This document shows, in pieces, positions 13,601 to 24,589 of a stretch of 64,000 nt of DNA. The DNA comes from Scenedesmus sp. PABB004. Taxonomy: Eukaryota. A program made the position numbers and the translations under genes. The notes below the pieces were generated by a model, which was not told the origin of the DNA, searched no databases, and was given only the letters and a program-made list of their open reading frames with translations. The stretch spans positions 1,488,001-1,552,000 of the forward strand of contig CM026548.1 in assembly GCA_014905635.1 (NCBI GenBank). The letters are read 5' to 3'. Positions within the stretch are counted from its first letter, which is position 1. Each line of letters begins with the position of its first letter.

Positions 13601-15603
13601 GACCTCCCTCCCTCTGCCCTCCCTCTGCCCTCCCGCCCTGCCTCCCCGCCTCCCTGCCCCGCGACCGCGCAGCGCTCTACCTGGCCGTGGTCTTCCCCAG
13701 CCTCTGGTCCCTCAACCACGTCCTGGCGCGGCACATGTTTGGCCCGCCAGGCGGCCGCGACAGAGAGGCGCAGAGCCGCTTCGCGCCGGCGTCGCCGCGC
13801 TCGCCGGCGAGCGGCGCGGTGCTCGGCAGGGCCGGCAGCGCTGGCAGCCCCGGCAGCCCCGGCAGCGGCGGCGGGCCGGCGTCGCCCTTCTATCTGGCCC
13901 TGGCCGCCGGGGCCGGTGGGGGCAAGGCGGCGGCGCCCGCCGCGCCGGCGGCCAACGCGCTCACGCCCTGGGCCAGCGCGGCCGCCGCGGGCGACGACGC
14001 GCAGTCGGCAGCCTGGGCGGACCAGGGGCGCGGCGCGGCGCTGCTCAAGGCGCCCCCGCCCCCGCCGCACAGCGACGGCGGCCGCCCGGCGCCACCGAGC
14101 AAGGCAGCGCCGTGCGCGGCGGCGCCGGTGGCGGCGCACGGCGTCGCGACCTCTCGCTCCGTGGGCCCGCGCGCGTCGCTCGTGGCCTGGGCCACCAGCC
14201 GCCGGGCGCGGGCGCCGCCTGGCGCGCTGCCCGGCGCGCCGCCGCCGCCCGGTCGCCGCGTGCCGCGCACGGGCTGGCGCCGCCTGCTGCCTGCGCACCG
14301 CGCGAGCTGGCGCCAGCTCGCCGCGGTCGCGGTGGCGACGATGAGCTATTGCTATACGCTCCACCTGGGCACCGTGGTGGGCGCATTCAGCTGCCTGCCG
14401 CTCGCGTCGCGGCCGCGCGTGCCGGGCGAGGTGGCGCTGACCGGCCAGTTCTGGGCGGCCGACATGCAGCTGCCCTGCTGGAGCGGCGGGCACGTGGCCG
14501 TTGTGGCCGCCGCGCTGCTGCTGGGCGTGCCGCTGCTGCTTGGCTACTGGTGGCTGCTGCTCGTGCTGGCCTGGCCCGAGCGCGACGAGGAGTGGGAGGA
14601 GGAGCAGGAGGAGGAGCAGCAGGCCTCGCAGGCGCCGCACGGCCCGCAGCAGCCCGCCGCGGCAGCGCCCCCGCCGCAGCGGGCGGGGAGCCAGCGGCGT
14701 TCCACGCACCTGGCGCCGGCGGAGTCCAAGGAGCTGTGGGGCGGCAGCAGCAGCCCCACCAAGCTGGCGCCGGCGGCCTCGATGGAGCTGGCGGGCGGCG
14801 GCAGCCCGACCAAGCCGGCGAGCGGCGGCAGCCCCACCAAGCTGGCAGGCGGCGGCAGCCCCACCAAGCTGGCAAGCTCGGGCAGCAGCACCGTGCTGGG
14901 CGTGCCGGCCGCGTGCACGCAGGCGGGCGGCGCACCGCCGCAGCCCGGGCCGCGCGAGGGTGGGGTCGCGGGGCTGCTGGCGCGCATGTGGGCGCTCCTG
15001 CGCGCCGCGCTGGCGCTGCCAGTGCGGCTGCTCGAGCCGTACGTTGTGCGCTGCCACGCGGCCACGCTGCCACTCGGCCTGACTGCGGGCGCCGTCGCCG
15101 GCGGCGGCGTGTGGCGCGAGGGCTGCTGGTGGTGGCTGCTCGTGCGGGAGCTGCTCAAGGGCGGCGTCGTGGTGGTGGCGACGGCGACGTCGATGCGCGG
15201 CCCCCGCGTGCAGGCGCTGCTGCTGCAGGCGTGCATGGTCGTCGCGGCGGCGCTCACCTGGCAGGCGCGGCCGGGGGGCAGCACGTCGATGCAGCGCCTG
15301 CAGTACACGGCCGCCTGCTGGCTGCAGCTGCTCGCGCTGGTCGTGGTGCTGCTCGCGCTGCCAGACACCAGCCTCGACAGCCTCGGCGCGCTCGGCGGCG
15401 TGGTGCTCGGCCTCGTCGCCGCCGTGGCGGCGCTGGTGGCGTTCGTGTTTGCCTGCCTCACCTGGCGCTGCATCGCGGCGGCGCGCGACTTTGCGGCGGC
15501 GCATGCGACCGCGGCGCTCTCGCCGGGGGGCTCGCTGCAGCACACGCTGTCCGGGCTGCGCGCGGCTTGGACCTCCCACACAGGCAGCTCGGTCGCTCGT
15601 TGA
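5250..15603 (+). CDS. Giant surface protein: signal peptide, Pmp-like GGA(I/L/V)/FxxN parallel beta-helix repeats, Cys-rich region, multi-pass TM C-terminus
   Basis: MRRRARLLPSWAVGLAVLAGLCCCASA at 5250. Many FxxN..GG[AG][LVI] repeats from 6.1 to 10.1 kb, CELCPAPSFS/CQGCP Cys module, CSRGYIGPFCSVC, then hydrophobic helices and WWWLLVRELLK. Many introns; exact exon set uncertain. Confidence 0.75.
14752..14871 (+). repeat. Coding tandem repeat encoding 4x SPTK
   Basis: agcccc/gaccaag repeated four times in the ORF 13687-15603 frame. Confidence 0.8.
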
Positions 15604-15784
15604 GGGGCGGCGGGACATGGTGCGCATTCTTCTGGCCTGACTGGCAGCACGGCGCTTTGAACGCGCGGGGGCAGGCGCAAACAGCCTTGCAGGCGCGCCC
15701 GGGCGGCGGTGGGCTGCGGCCAAGCTCTAAAACTGGGGGCGGGGCACATGCAGCGTGCGGCAGGGAAGGGGGGGGGGGGAGCGA

Positions 15785-15789
15785 TTACA
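15785..15789 (-). promoter_or_regulatory. TGTAA polyadenylation signal for the kleisin gene
   Basis: ttaca on the + strand, about 165 nt past the kleisin stop; TGTAA is the chlorophyte poly(A) signal. Confidence 0.45.
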
Positions 15790-15953
15790 GGAGGGTTTTT
15801 TCACAATCACTGCTGAGCTGGCAGCGCGCACGCCGGGCCTGAACCCTGGCACTCGCAACCAAACCGCGCCGATTGCCGCGGCCGACCGGCCTGCAGACCG
15901 CCGCCGCCGCTCAGCCCCGGCCAGCCCGCCGCAGCGCGCCCCGCCGCCCCCGG

Positions 15954-18900
15954 CTACGGCGCCGCGGCGCCGCCGTCGGCCAGGAGCTTGGGGCGAGGCG
16001 TGAGGCTGAGCTCGCCGTACGGCCCCGCCTGCGCCAGCGCCAGGTAGCCGCGGTTCTGCAGGACCAGGAGCTCGTAGAAGGAGCGGCTCACGTCCAGCCG
16101 CGCGGCACGCGGCGGCGCGTCGTGCGCGCCGCCGCCGCCGGACACGACGGCGGGGCGCGCGCCGCCGCCGCGGCGCGGCCGCGCGAGCGCGCCGCCGGCG
16201 CACGCGTGGCGCAGCAGCGCGCTGAACGCGACGCCGGCGCCGCTCGCCGGGCCCGCGCCGCCGTCGTCGCCGGGCTGCTTGCGCTTGCCGGCCGCGCCGG
16301 CGGCGGGCGCCGCCGCGCCGCCGACGGCGCCCGGCTGGGCCGCCAGCATGTGCTTGAGCGTGTTCAGCACCCGCCGCGTGTTGGAGGTGAAGCCGGCCGA
16401 CGCGTCCCTGGCGGCGGCGGAGCGGCCCCCGTGGCCGTGCGGCTGGCGCGTGCCCTCCCCGCCCTCGCCCTCCGTCAGGAGCAGCTCCGGCGCGCCCTGC
16501 TGCTCCCCCGCTGCGTCCTCACTGCCCTCCTGCTGCTCCTCCTGCTCCTCCTCCAGCTGCTCCTGCTCCCACAACGGCTCCTCGTCGGCGGCCGGCCAGC
16601 CCGCCTGATCGGCAGCAACATCTTCCTGCCGCTGCTGCTCCGGCACCTCGAGCTGCTCCGGCTCCGCCGCGGCCGCCGCTGCCGACGCCGCGGGCTTGCG
16701 GCCAGCCTTGCGCTTGGTCGCCGGGCCGGCGTCGCCCGCGCCGGCGTCGACCGTGCCGCCCGCCACGCGCACCGCCGCCAGCCGCTCCGCCACGCCCGCC
16801 AGCAGGCTGCGCGCGAGGCGGGGGCTGAACGCGACGGCGGGCGCGGCGGCCGCCAGCCGGCCGCCGGTGCCGAAGCCCAGCGCCGCGAGGCTGGGGGAGG
16901 AGTCCTCCCCCGCCGGGGCGCCGCCGCCCGCGTCCTCGCCGCCGGGCCAGGGCCCCAGGCCGCCGACGCCCGCCGGCCCCGTGGCCGCCGCGGCCGCCAC
17001 CGCCGCCGCGCTGACCACGCTGCCGCGGAGCAGCTGCGCCGGACGCGCCAGCCCCAGCTCCGCGCCGCCGCTGGGCAGCAGCGCGCGCAGCACCGCGCCC
17101 GCGGCGGCGTCAAACTCGGCGCAGCAGGCAAACGCGCCGCCGTTGGCCGCCGCTGCCGCCAGCGCCTCGCCCGGGCTGCCCAGCGGCAGCGCGTTGGACA
17201 GGAGCTGCAGCCGCGCGGCCGCGCCCAGCGTCGGGCCGCCGCCCGCCGCCGCGCCGCCGCCGGCGCCGGCGTGCAGCAGCAGGGCCTGGCGCGCGCGGTG
17301 CGCGCCGCGGCCAAGGTCCAGCAGCGGGCTGCGGTCCGCCAGGAGCGCACGGATGGTGGCGCCAGGCAGCTCGGTGGTGATCTGAGGCGCCGGCGGTGTG
17401 ATGGGGGGCGAGGCATGGCAGGTCAGCGGGGGTCCTGGAGAGGGGGGCGGAGGCGCAGCGCCTGCACCCCGGGCGCCCGCCCGCGCGCGCCGCTCCCGCG
17501 CCCAGCCAGCCGCCGCCGCTCACCCTGTTGCGGCTCGCGTCGTCGTCCAGCTGCGCCGCGCCGAGCGGGCCAAACAGCTGCCGCAGCACGGCGGCGCGCC
17601 GGGCGCTCTTGGCCGCCGCCGCGGCTGACGTGTCGGGCGCGGCAGCGGCCCCGCGCTCCGTCAGGCCCTGGAACGGCACCTCCTGCCCCTCGCGCCGCGC
17701 CGCGGCGCCCTCCCATGCCAGCTGGGCGCCGCCCGGCGCGCGCGCGTCGCCCGGCGCCGGCGGCGCCTGCTGCGGCGTGTGGCAGCTGTGCTGCTCGCCC
17801 TCGCTGCTGCCGGCGGGGCTGCCGTCCGCGCTGGCGCCGCGCTGGCTGCCTCCGCGCGCCGGCAGCGGCTGCAGCGCGTCCAGGTCGTAGCCGCCCGCGC
17901 CAAACACCTCTTCCTCTTCTTCCCCTCGCCACGGCTCCTCCCCCTCTGCCGGCGCCAGCAGCTGTGCCCCGCCCTCCGCGGCCGCCGCCGCCGCCGCCGC
18001 GGCGCCGTCGCTGAGCTCCGCGGCGGCCGCCTCGGCCTCGGCCTCGGCCGCCGCCTCGGCCGCGGCCGCCGCTGCGGCGCGCTGCGTGCTGGGCCCCACG
18101 CTGGATGCGCGCAGCGCGGCGACGTCGAGCTCGGTGAGGTCAAACGCTGACGCGTCGTCCAGCCCCGCGTCGCCGTCCAGCTCAAACACCTCGGGGTCGA
18201 GGCTGCCGCCGCGCCAGCCGCCCAGGCTGCCCAGCAGCCCCCCCGCGTCGGCCAGGCCGTGCGAGCTCGCGGCGGCCGGCAGCCCGCGCTGCTGCGACGC
18301 GCCGCCGCCGCCGAGCGAGGCCTGCGAGCCCAGCGACGGCAGCGCGTCGAGGCTCTGCGAGCCCCAGGGGCCGCTGAGGTCAAACGCGTCGCTCATGTCA
18401 ACCTCAAACCCCAGGCCGTCCGGCGCGGCCGGCTCGGAGCCACCGCCGCCAGCGCCGGCCGGCGGCGCGCCGCGCCGCGCGCGCCGCGGCGCCGCCGCGG
18501 GCGCGCCGCCGCCGGGCTGCTGCTGCGAGCCCTCGAGCCCGTCGCCGCCGGGGTGCTGCGCCGCCGCCGCCGCCGCGGGCGCCGCCCCGCTCGTGGCCAC
18601 GCGCTCCAGCACCGCCTGGCAGTCTGACTGAAGGTAGTCGACCTGGTTGGGGCGGCGGCGGCGGGGGGCGGGGTCGGCCCGCGCTGCTAGCTGTGACCAG
18701 CCAGTGCTGCGCTGCGGCCGCGGCGCGCGCCTTGTTGCCGCACCTTTTTGCGGTAGATGCGCACCAGGCCGAGCAGCAGCTGGCCGTTGAGGCGCAGCGC
18801 GAGCGGCACGTCCGCGCCGAGGCCGCCGAGCAGCTGCTCCACGCTCGCCGACACGCTCGCCGCCTCGACCGCCGGGCGCTTGAGCTGCCGCTCCAGGTGC

Positions 18901-18965
18901 GCCGCCGTCCAGAGCAGGCGCAGCGGGCCCTGCCGGCTGAGGTTCTGGGTGCTGTAGAACGACAT
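15954..18965 (-). CDS. Cohesin alpha-kleisin subunit (Rad21/Rec8 family)
   Basis: N-terminal MSFYSTQNLSRQGPLRLLWTAAH...LALRLNGQLLLGLVRIYRKK|VDYLQSDC. C-terminal winged helix SRSFYELLVLQNRGYLALAQAGPYGELSL. Rad21 versus Rec8 cannot be resolved by eye. Confidence 0.9.
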
Positions 18966-19528
18966 GGCGCCGACCAGGCGCGCGCCGCTAGGTCGCTGCG
19001 CTGCTGGCCTGCCCGCCGCTGCTCGCCCTCCGCCCGCGCGCCGCCGGCGGGCCGCGCGCGCGCGCCCGCCGGCTGGCCGCCGGTCGACTCGGGCGGCCCA
19101 GCTCCGCGCCGGCGCTGCCCAGCACTGCGGCGCCGGGCCAGCGGCAGCGCACGGTGCGCGGCGCGTGCGAGCAGCGGCGGCCGGTGAGGTGCGGCGCGGC
19201 GGCGGGCTGGCCCGTGTTCCTGGCGCTCCGTGGAAGCTGGGCGGCTTGCCGCGCCTGGCCGCGCAGCAACGCGGGCGTCAAAGGAAAACGGTGCACCGTC
19301 GCTGACCAGCGGAGTTGGGCGACGTGGAGGCGAGCACACTCGCAAGACTGCGGCGAGCTGCCGGCCGGTCGCGCACGCGATGCGGGCGGCCGGGGGGCAG
19401 TCGCGGCGATTGCGCTGCCAGTCTAGCCCGCTGAGCGGCGCGCAGCCCGCCCGCGAGCGCGACAGAGTCCACAGCTGCGCACCGCGCTCTCCCAGCAGCT
19501 GCCCAAGCCCGCAGCGCGCCTGGGCAAC

Positions 19529-20358
19529 ATGCTGCTCCACGTCGGCCGCGCTCGCCCCGCCTGCTGCCGGCAGCGGCGGTCGCCGGGCGCCGCGGCGGCA
19601 GCGGCCGCACCGCTGCTGCAGCACCAGCAGCAGCGCGCGCGCAGCGGCGGCGGCGCGCTGGCGGCGCCGGCGCAGCAGCAGCAGCCGCCGCGCGCGCTGG
19701 TCGTCGCGTTCGCGGCGCCCAAGGCGGCGGGCAAGGGCTTCGGCAACCCCGCCAAGCTCGCCAAGCCGGCCGGCAAGGCCGGTGGGAAGTGCCCCTGCGG
19801 CTCGGGCGTGCCGTACGACGTGCGCGCAGCCGGCAGCCGCGCCGCGCCCAGCGCCGCGCCCGCCGGCCGGCGCCGACGGCCGCCCTCTCCCCGCCGCCGC
19901 GCCGCCCCTACCGCCGCAGGCCTGCTGCGGGCGCTACCACGGCGCGGGCGCGCCGCTCGCGCCCACGCCCGAGGCGCTGCTGCGCGCGCGCTTCACCGCG
20001 TACTCGCTCGGCCTTGTGGACTTCCTGGTCGCCACCACGCACCGCGAGGCGCGGCGGCGGCCCGCGGCGCCGCGCCCGCACGCGGCCGCAGCAGCCTGAG
20101 TCGTCGCGCCCCGGGCCGTCGCGCCGCGCACGCCGCCGCAGCAGCCTGAGCCGCCGCGAGCCGCGCCGCGCCTGAGCGCCCGTGCGCCGCCGCGCCCGCG
20201 CCCGCGGCCGCGCCGCCGCGCAGAACCCGGAGCACACGGGCGACCCGGTGACGTATGCGCGCAGCGTGCAGCGCACCGCGCGCGCGACCGAGTACCTCGG
20301 CCTGACCCTGCTCGGCACGCCGCCGCGCGGCGGCGCCGAGGGCGGCGGCGGCGGCGAG

Positions 20359-20431
<73 letters not shown>

Positions 20432-20613
20432 GCGGCGCGGAGGGCGGCGCGGAGGGCGGCGCGGAGGGCGGCGGCGACGAGGCGTTCCTGCGCTTCAGCG
20501 TGCGCTGGCGGCCGCGCGGCAGCCGGGGCGGCGGGGGCGAGGAGGTCGCGCTCGAGACGAGCCACTTCAAGCGCGTCGGCGGCGCCTGGCTCTACTACGC
20601 CGCCGCCGAGTGA
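19529..20613 (+). CDS. SEC-C motif / YchJ (UPF0225)-like protein with transit-peptide-like N-terminus
   Basis: [43 protein letters not shown]. Second intron has a GC donor (gag|gcgcgg). Confidence 0.85.
20361..20430 (+). repeat. (AGC)n microsatellite encoding poly-Ser inside the YchJ-like CDS
   Basis: About 23 AGC units. Confidence 0.95.
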
Positions 20614-20631
20614 GGCCGGGCAGCTGCTCTG

Positions 20632-20636
20632 TGTAA
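20632..20636 (+). promoter_or_regulatory. TGTAA polyadenylation signal
   Basis: About 18 nt after the YchJ-like stop. Confidence 0.5.
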
Positions 20637-21572
20637 GCCCGGCGAGGCTCTCGCCGCGCGCGTCCCCGTGAGGCCAGCACGCGTCGCGCGGTCGGCGCGG
20701 CGGCCGCCAGCCAGCAGCCGCTGCACCCCCCCCCGTGCCGCCAGTCCGGAAAACAAGCCCTCCCACGCCGCAGCTTGGCAGCCTGGCACGGCGGCGAGGC
20801 CGCAGCCGGCGGCGCTGGCCAGCGGCGTGCGGCGTCACCGAACTCGCGCGCGCCAGCCGCCGCGCCACGCCGCCGCGCGGCCTGCCCGCGCCTGGTGATA
20901 CGCACCTCGGCGAGAGCCGCGGGCGGCACTTGCGAGCCGCCGCCCACCGCCCTGCGAACCGCCCTGCGCCCCGGCTGCAGGCACTGTGAACTCTCGGCGG
21001 CAGCATTCTTGTAGCCCTCAGCTTCGCACTCGCTCCCCGGGCCGCTGCGCGCTGTTCGGCCGTCATAAAAGCGTTCTCCGGCGACCTTCCGACCCAACGC
21101 GGCGGTCGGCTGGTGCAACGGCGGCCCGGGCAGGCCACCTGCACGTCGGCGCCGCGGGTCCCGCCGCGCGCCGCCACCCCCCCTGTCGCCTACAAAGCCG
21201 CCCGGCCGCCGCGCAGTCCTGCATCCACTCAAGCCAATCCCAAAGCACTCAACCAGCGCCAAACCGTCCGCCTACACAGCCGCCCCGAGCAACCACCGAG
21301 CCCGGTGAGCCGCGCGCCCTGCGCGCCCGCGCTGCCGCGCTCCCTGACGCGCGCCGGCCTGCCCTGGGTCGCAAACCGCCCTTTTATGTCTATCGCACCC
21401 GGCACGCGCGCCCCGGGCGCCCGCGCGGGGCAGCAGCGCGCCGCCGGCGGTGACCCGCGGCCGGGACCCCCCGCCGCGCCGCCGCGCCCCTGCACGCCGC
21501 GCCGGCCTCCACTGACCCCGCCTGCTGCCCACGCCCCCTGCCCCCACCCGCGCAGGCACGACACCTTCACCC

Positions 21573-22199
21573 ATGGCACGCTCAACGATCGCCGCGTCGG
21601 CGCTGGCCGCCGCGCTGCTCCTGCTGGCCGCGGCCGCGTCCGCGCAGGACCCGAGCGCGTCGCCGCCCAAGCAGGCGACCGGCTGCACCGCGCGCTTCAG
21701 CCCCGAAGCCGCGACGCGGCCGCCGGCCGGCTTTGACAAGGGCGCGCTGGTCAAGGAGACCATGGCGCGCGTCGCCGAGGCGAAGCGCGCGCTCGAGGAG
21801 GCGCTCTCCAGCGACGCCGGCGGCGACGCCGCGTGGAAGGCGCACTGCGCCAACGTCGGCAAGCCCGAGATGTGAGCGCGCGGAGTGCGCACGCGGGCGC
21901 CCGCGGGCGCCTGCCCGCCGCCGCGCCCCTGCCCACACCCCTCGCCTCCCCTGCAACCCCCACCCATCACCCCCCGCCCGCCCGCCGCCCCTGCCAGGTA
22001 CTATGACGACATGCGGCGCGAGGTGTTCTTCAACAACCTGCTGGACATGCAGGTGGGCCAGGGTTCAGCGCGGCAGCCGGGCGGGCCTAAACCCTGCCCG
22101 GGCGGCCGCCGACCCGTCCGCCCGCCCGCCCCGCACCGCTGCAGGCGCGCAACAAGGAGGAGGGCGACGACATGGTGGCCTGGGGCATCACCCAGGTGC

Positions 22200-22249
<50 letters not shown>

Positions 22250-23961
22250 GCCGCCGCCGCCGCATCCCGCCGCCGCGGCCGCGCGGCGCACGTCGCGTCG
22301 CGCGCTCTCGCTGCGGCTGACCGGCCCGCCCGCCCCCGCCCCCGCCCCTGCCCTGCCCTGCCCTGCCCTGCCCTGCCCTGCCTGCCGCCAGTTCTCCCAC
22401 CTGGGGCAGTCTGAGTTTGAGGAGTTCTACCTCACGCCCTTTGACGCCATGAGTGAGCGTCGCCGCCGCCGCCGCCGCCGCCGCGCCTGCCCCCCCCCCG
22501 CTCACCTCCCCGCGCAGCGTCCCGCCATGCGCTCGCTGCCGCTGCCTGCCAACCTGCCGCGCCGTGCCAAACCCGCGCCGCGTCGCGTCGCAGAGGACCC
22601 CTCCACCGGCGAGAAGGACCCCTCCAACCCCTTCAACGGCGGGCGCAAGCTGCTGCAGGGCGCGCTCACGTGCCGCAAGAACCGCGCGTACGCCGGCGCC
22701 GCGGGGGCGCTGCCCTCCTACTTTGACTGGCGCACCGCCGGCGTCATCACGCCCGTCCGCAACCAGCTCGGGGTGCGCGCACACGAGGGCGCGCCCGCCC
22801 GCAGCGCCGCCGCCGCCGCCGCCGCCGGGCGCCGCACGCGTTGAGCGCCGCCTCACGCCCGCCCCCCGCTCCGCCCTCCGCCCCGCGCGCGCCCCGCCCT
22901 CGAGCAGTGCGGGTCGTGCTCCGCCTTTGCCACGGTCGGCGCGCTCGAGTCGACCTGGATCCGCAAGTGGTGGGGCCTCGGCTACCGCAGCTACAACACA
23001 GACCTCTCCGAGGGTGAGCGGAGCGCGCGGCTCGCGGCTCAAAACCCTAAACCCAGCGCCCCGCGGCCCCGGCCTGGCCCCTCAGCCCCTTGGCCCCTTG
23101 GCCCGCGCCGCGCCGCCGCGCCGCGCCGCGCCATCCACGCCGCCCGCCCACGCCGCCGCCCCGCCTGCCGCCCTCGCGCACGCGTCCAGACGATTTCCTC
23201 GAGTGCACCGCCGGGAACCAATGTGGCGGCGCCTGGCCTGACAGCGTGTTCGACCGCTTCACCTGCCGCGGCGCGCCCTTTGAGGCGGCGCAGCCGTACA
23301 ACGCCGCCGACGGCAACGTCTGCAGGGACATCCCGCGTTACAACACCGGCGCCGCGGCGTGGAGCTACGTCCCCGCAGCGGGTGCGGGCGGGGCCCGCGC
23401 CGCGGGCCGCAGCCGCGCACGACCCCGGCCGCCGCGCCGCCCTGACCCGACCCCCGCCCCTTGACCCTCCCGCGCAGGCGTGCCGACCACAACCGACATC
23501 CTCGCGCGCAGCGTGCGGCTCAACCCGACCGTCATCGCCGTCGACGCGTCGGCCTGGTCGGGCCTCGCCGCGGGCTGGGTGTCCAACTGCGGCGCGCGCT
23601 ACACCGCGCTCAACCACGCCGTGCTCGTGGTCGGCTGGATCGACGACGTCCCCATGTGAGACCCCATGCCGCCGCGCCCCCGCGCCGCACGCCGCGCGCG
23701 CCCCCCTGCCGCCCGCCCCGCGCGCCCCTGCCGCGCGGCCGCCGGGCCGCCGAGCGCTGACCGCGCTGACCGCCCCGCGCTCCGCTCCCGTTCCCTCCTC
23801 CTCGCAGGAGCAACGGCGAGACGTGGGACTACTGGCTCATTAAGAACAGCTGGGGCACCGGCTTTGCCAACGCGGGCTACGCGTGGGTGCGCAAGGACTG
23901 CGCCGCGTCGCCGGGGCCGTTTGGCATGTACAGGATGCACGCGTGGACGCCCTCGATGTGA
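21573..23961 (+). CDS. Papain-family (C1A) cysteine protease with signal peptide and I29-like prodomain
   Basis: FDWRTAGVITPVRNQLG|CGSCSAF, DLSE, NHAVLVVGW, YWLIKNSWG. Prodomain RREVFFNNL...ITQFSHL. Probable 5'UTR intron ~21305-21555. Confidence 0.9.
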
Positions 23962-24589
23962 GGCCCGCCAGCGACCCCCCGCGCCACGGCGCGGGCACTA
24001 CCTAGCACCTGCCGCGCGACGACCGCGCTCCCCCTCGCGTGGGCGGTGGTGCAGCTGTGCCTCGGGGCGCCGCCGCAGCGACCCCTGCGCGCCCTCGGTA
24101 TTGCGCGGCGACTCCCCCGTCGCTGCCTCGTTTTGGTTTTGCCTGCTCACCGCACCGCGCTGTCTTTGCTGGCGCCGTCTGGCGCCGGCACGTTGCTTCC
24201 TTGCGAGAGCCCCCATGGTTTGATTGCAGCCCCCGCGCGGGCAGGCCCTAGACCTCCCGCACGCACAGCATCTGCTTGCTTGGCCCGGCCGTCATGCCGC
24301 CACCCCACCTGTACCTCCCATGACCCGCCGCGCATGCCTGAGACCGGCACGCTGCGCGCGCACGCCCCTGCTGCTGCAACACCTTTCTCTGAGCGGTCAA
24401 TGAGCGCCCTCGTGTGTAACCAACCGCACTCCTTCTCGCAACACAGCGACTCAGGCGGCGCGACTTGCCGCGCGATGGCCTGCCGCGGCCCGCTCAACTC
24501 ACGCGATTGTGCAGCAGCGGCCACAACCCGCAAGCAGTCAACGCACGCAGCTGCACCAGGGCCCCAGCCGCCAAACGGCCGGCTCCGGC

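Noticed and set aside
5250..15603. Horizontal transfer from Chlamydia (Pmp-like repeats)
   Set aside because: GGA/FxxN beta-helix repeats are widespread in algae and protists; the gene is intron-rich with host-like composition and has no autotransporter barrel.
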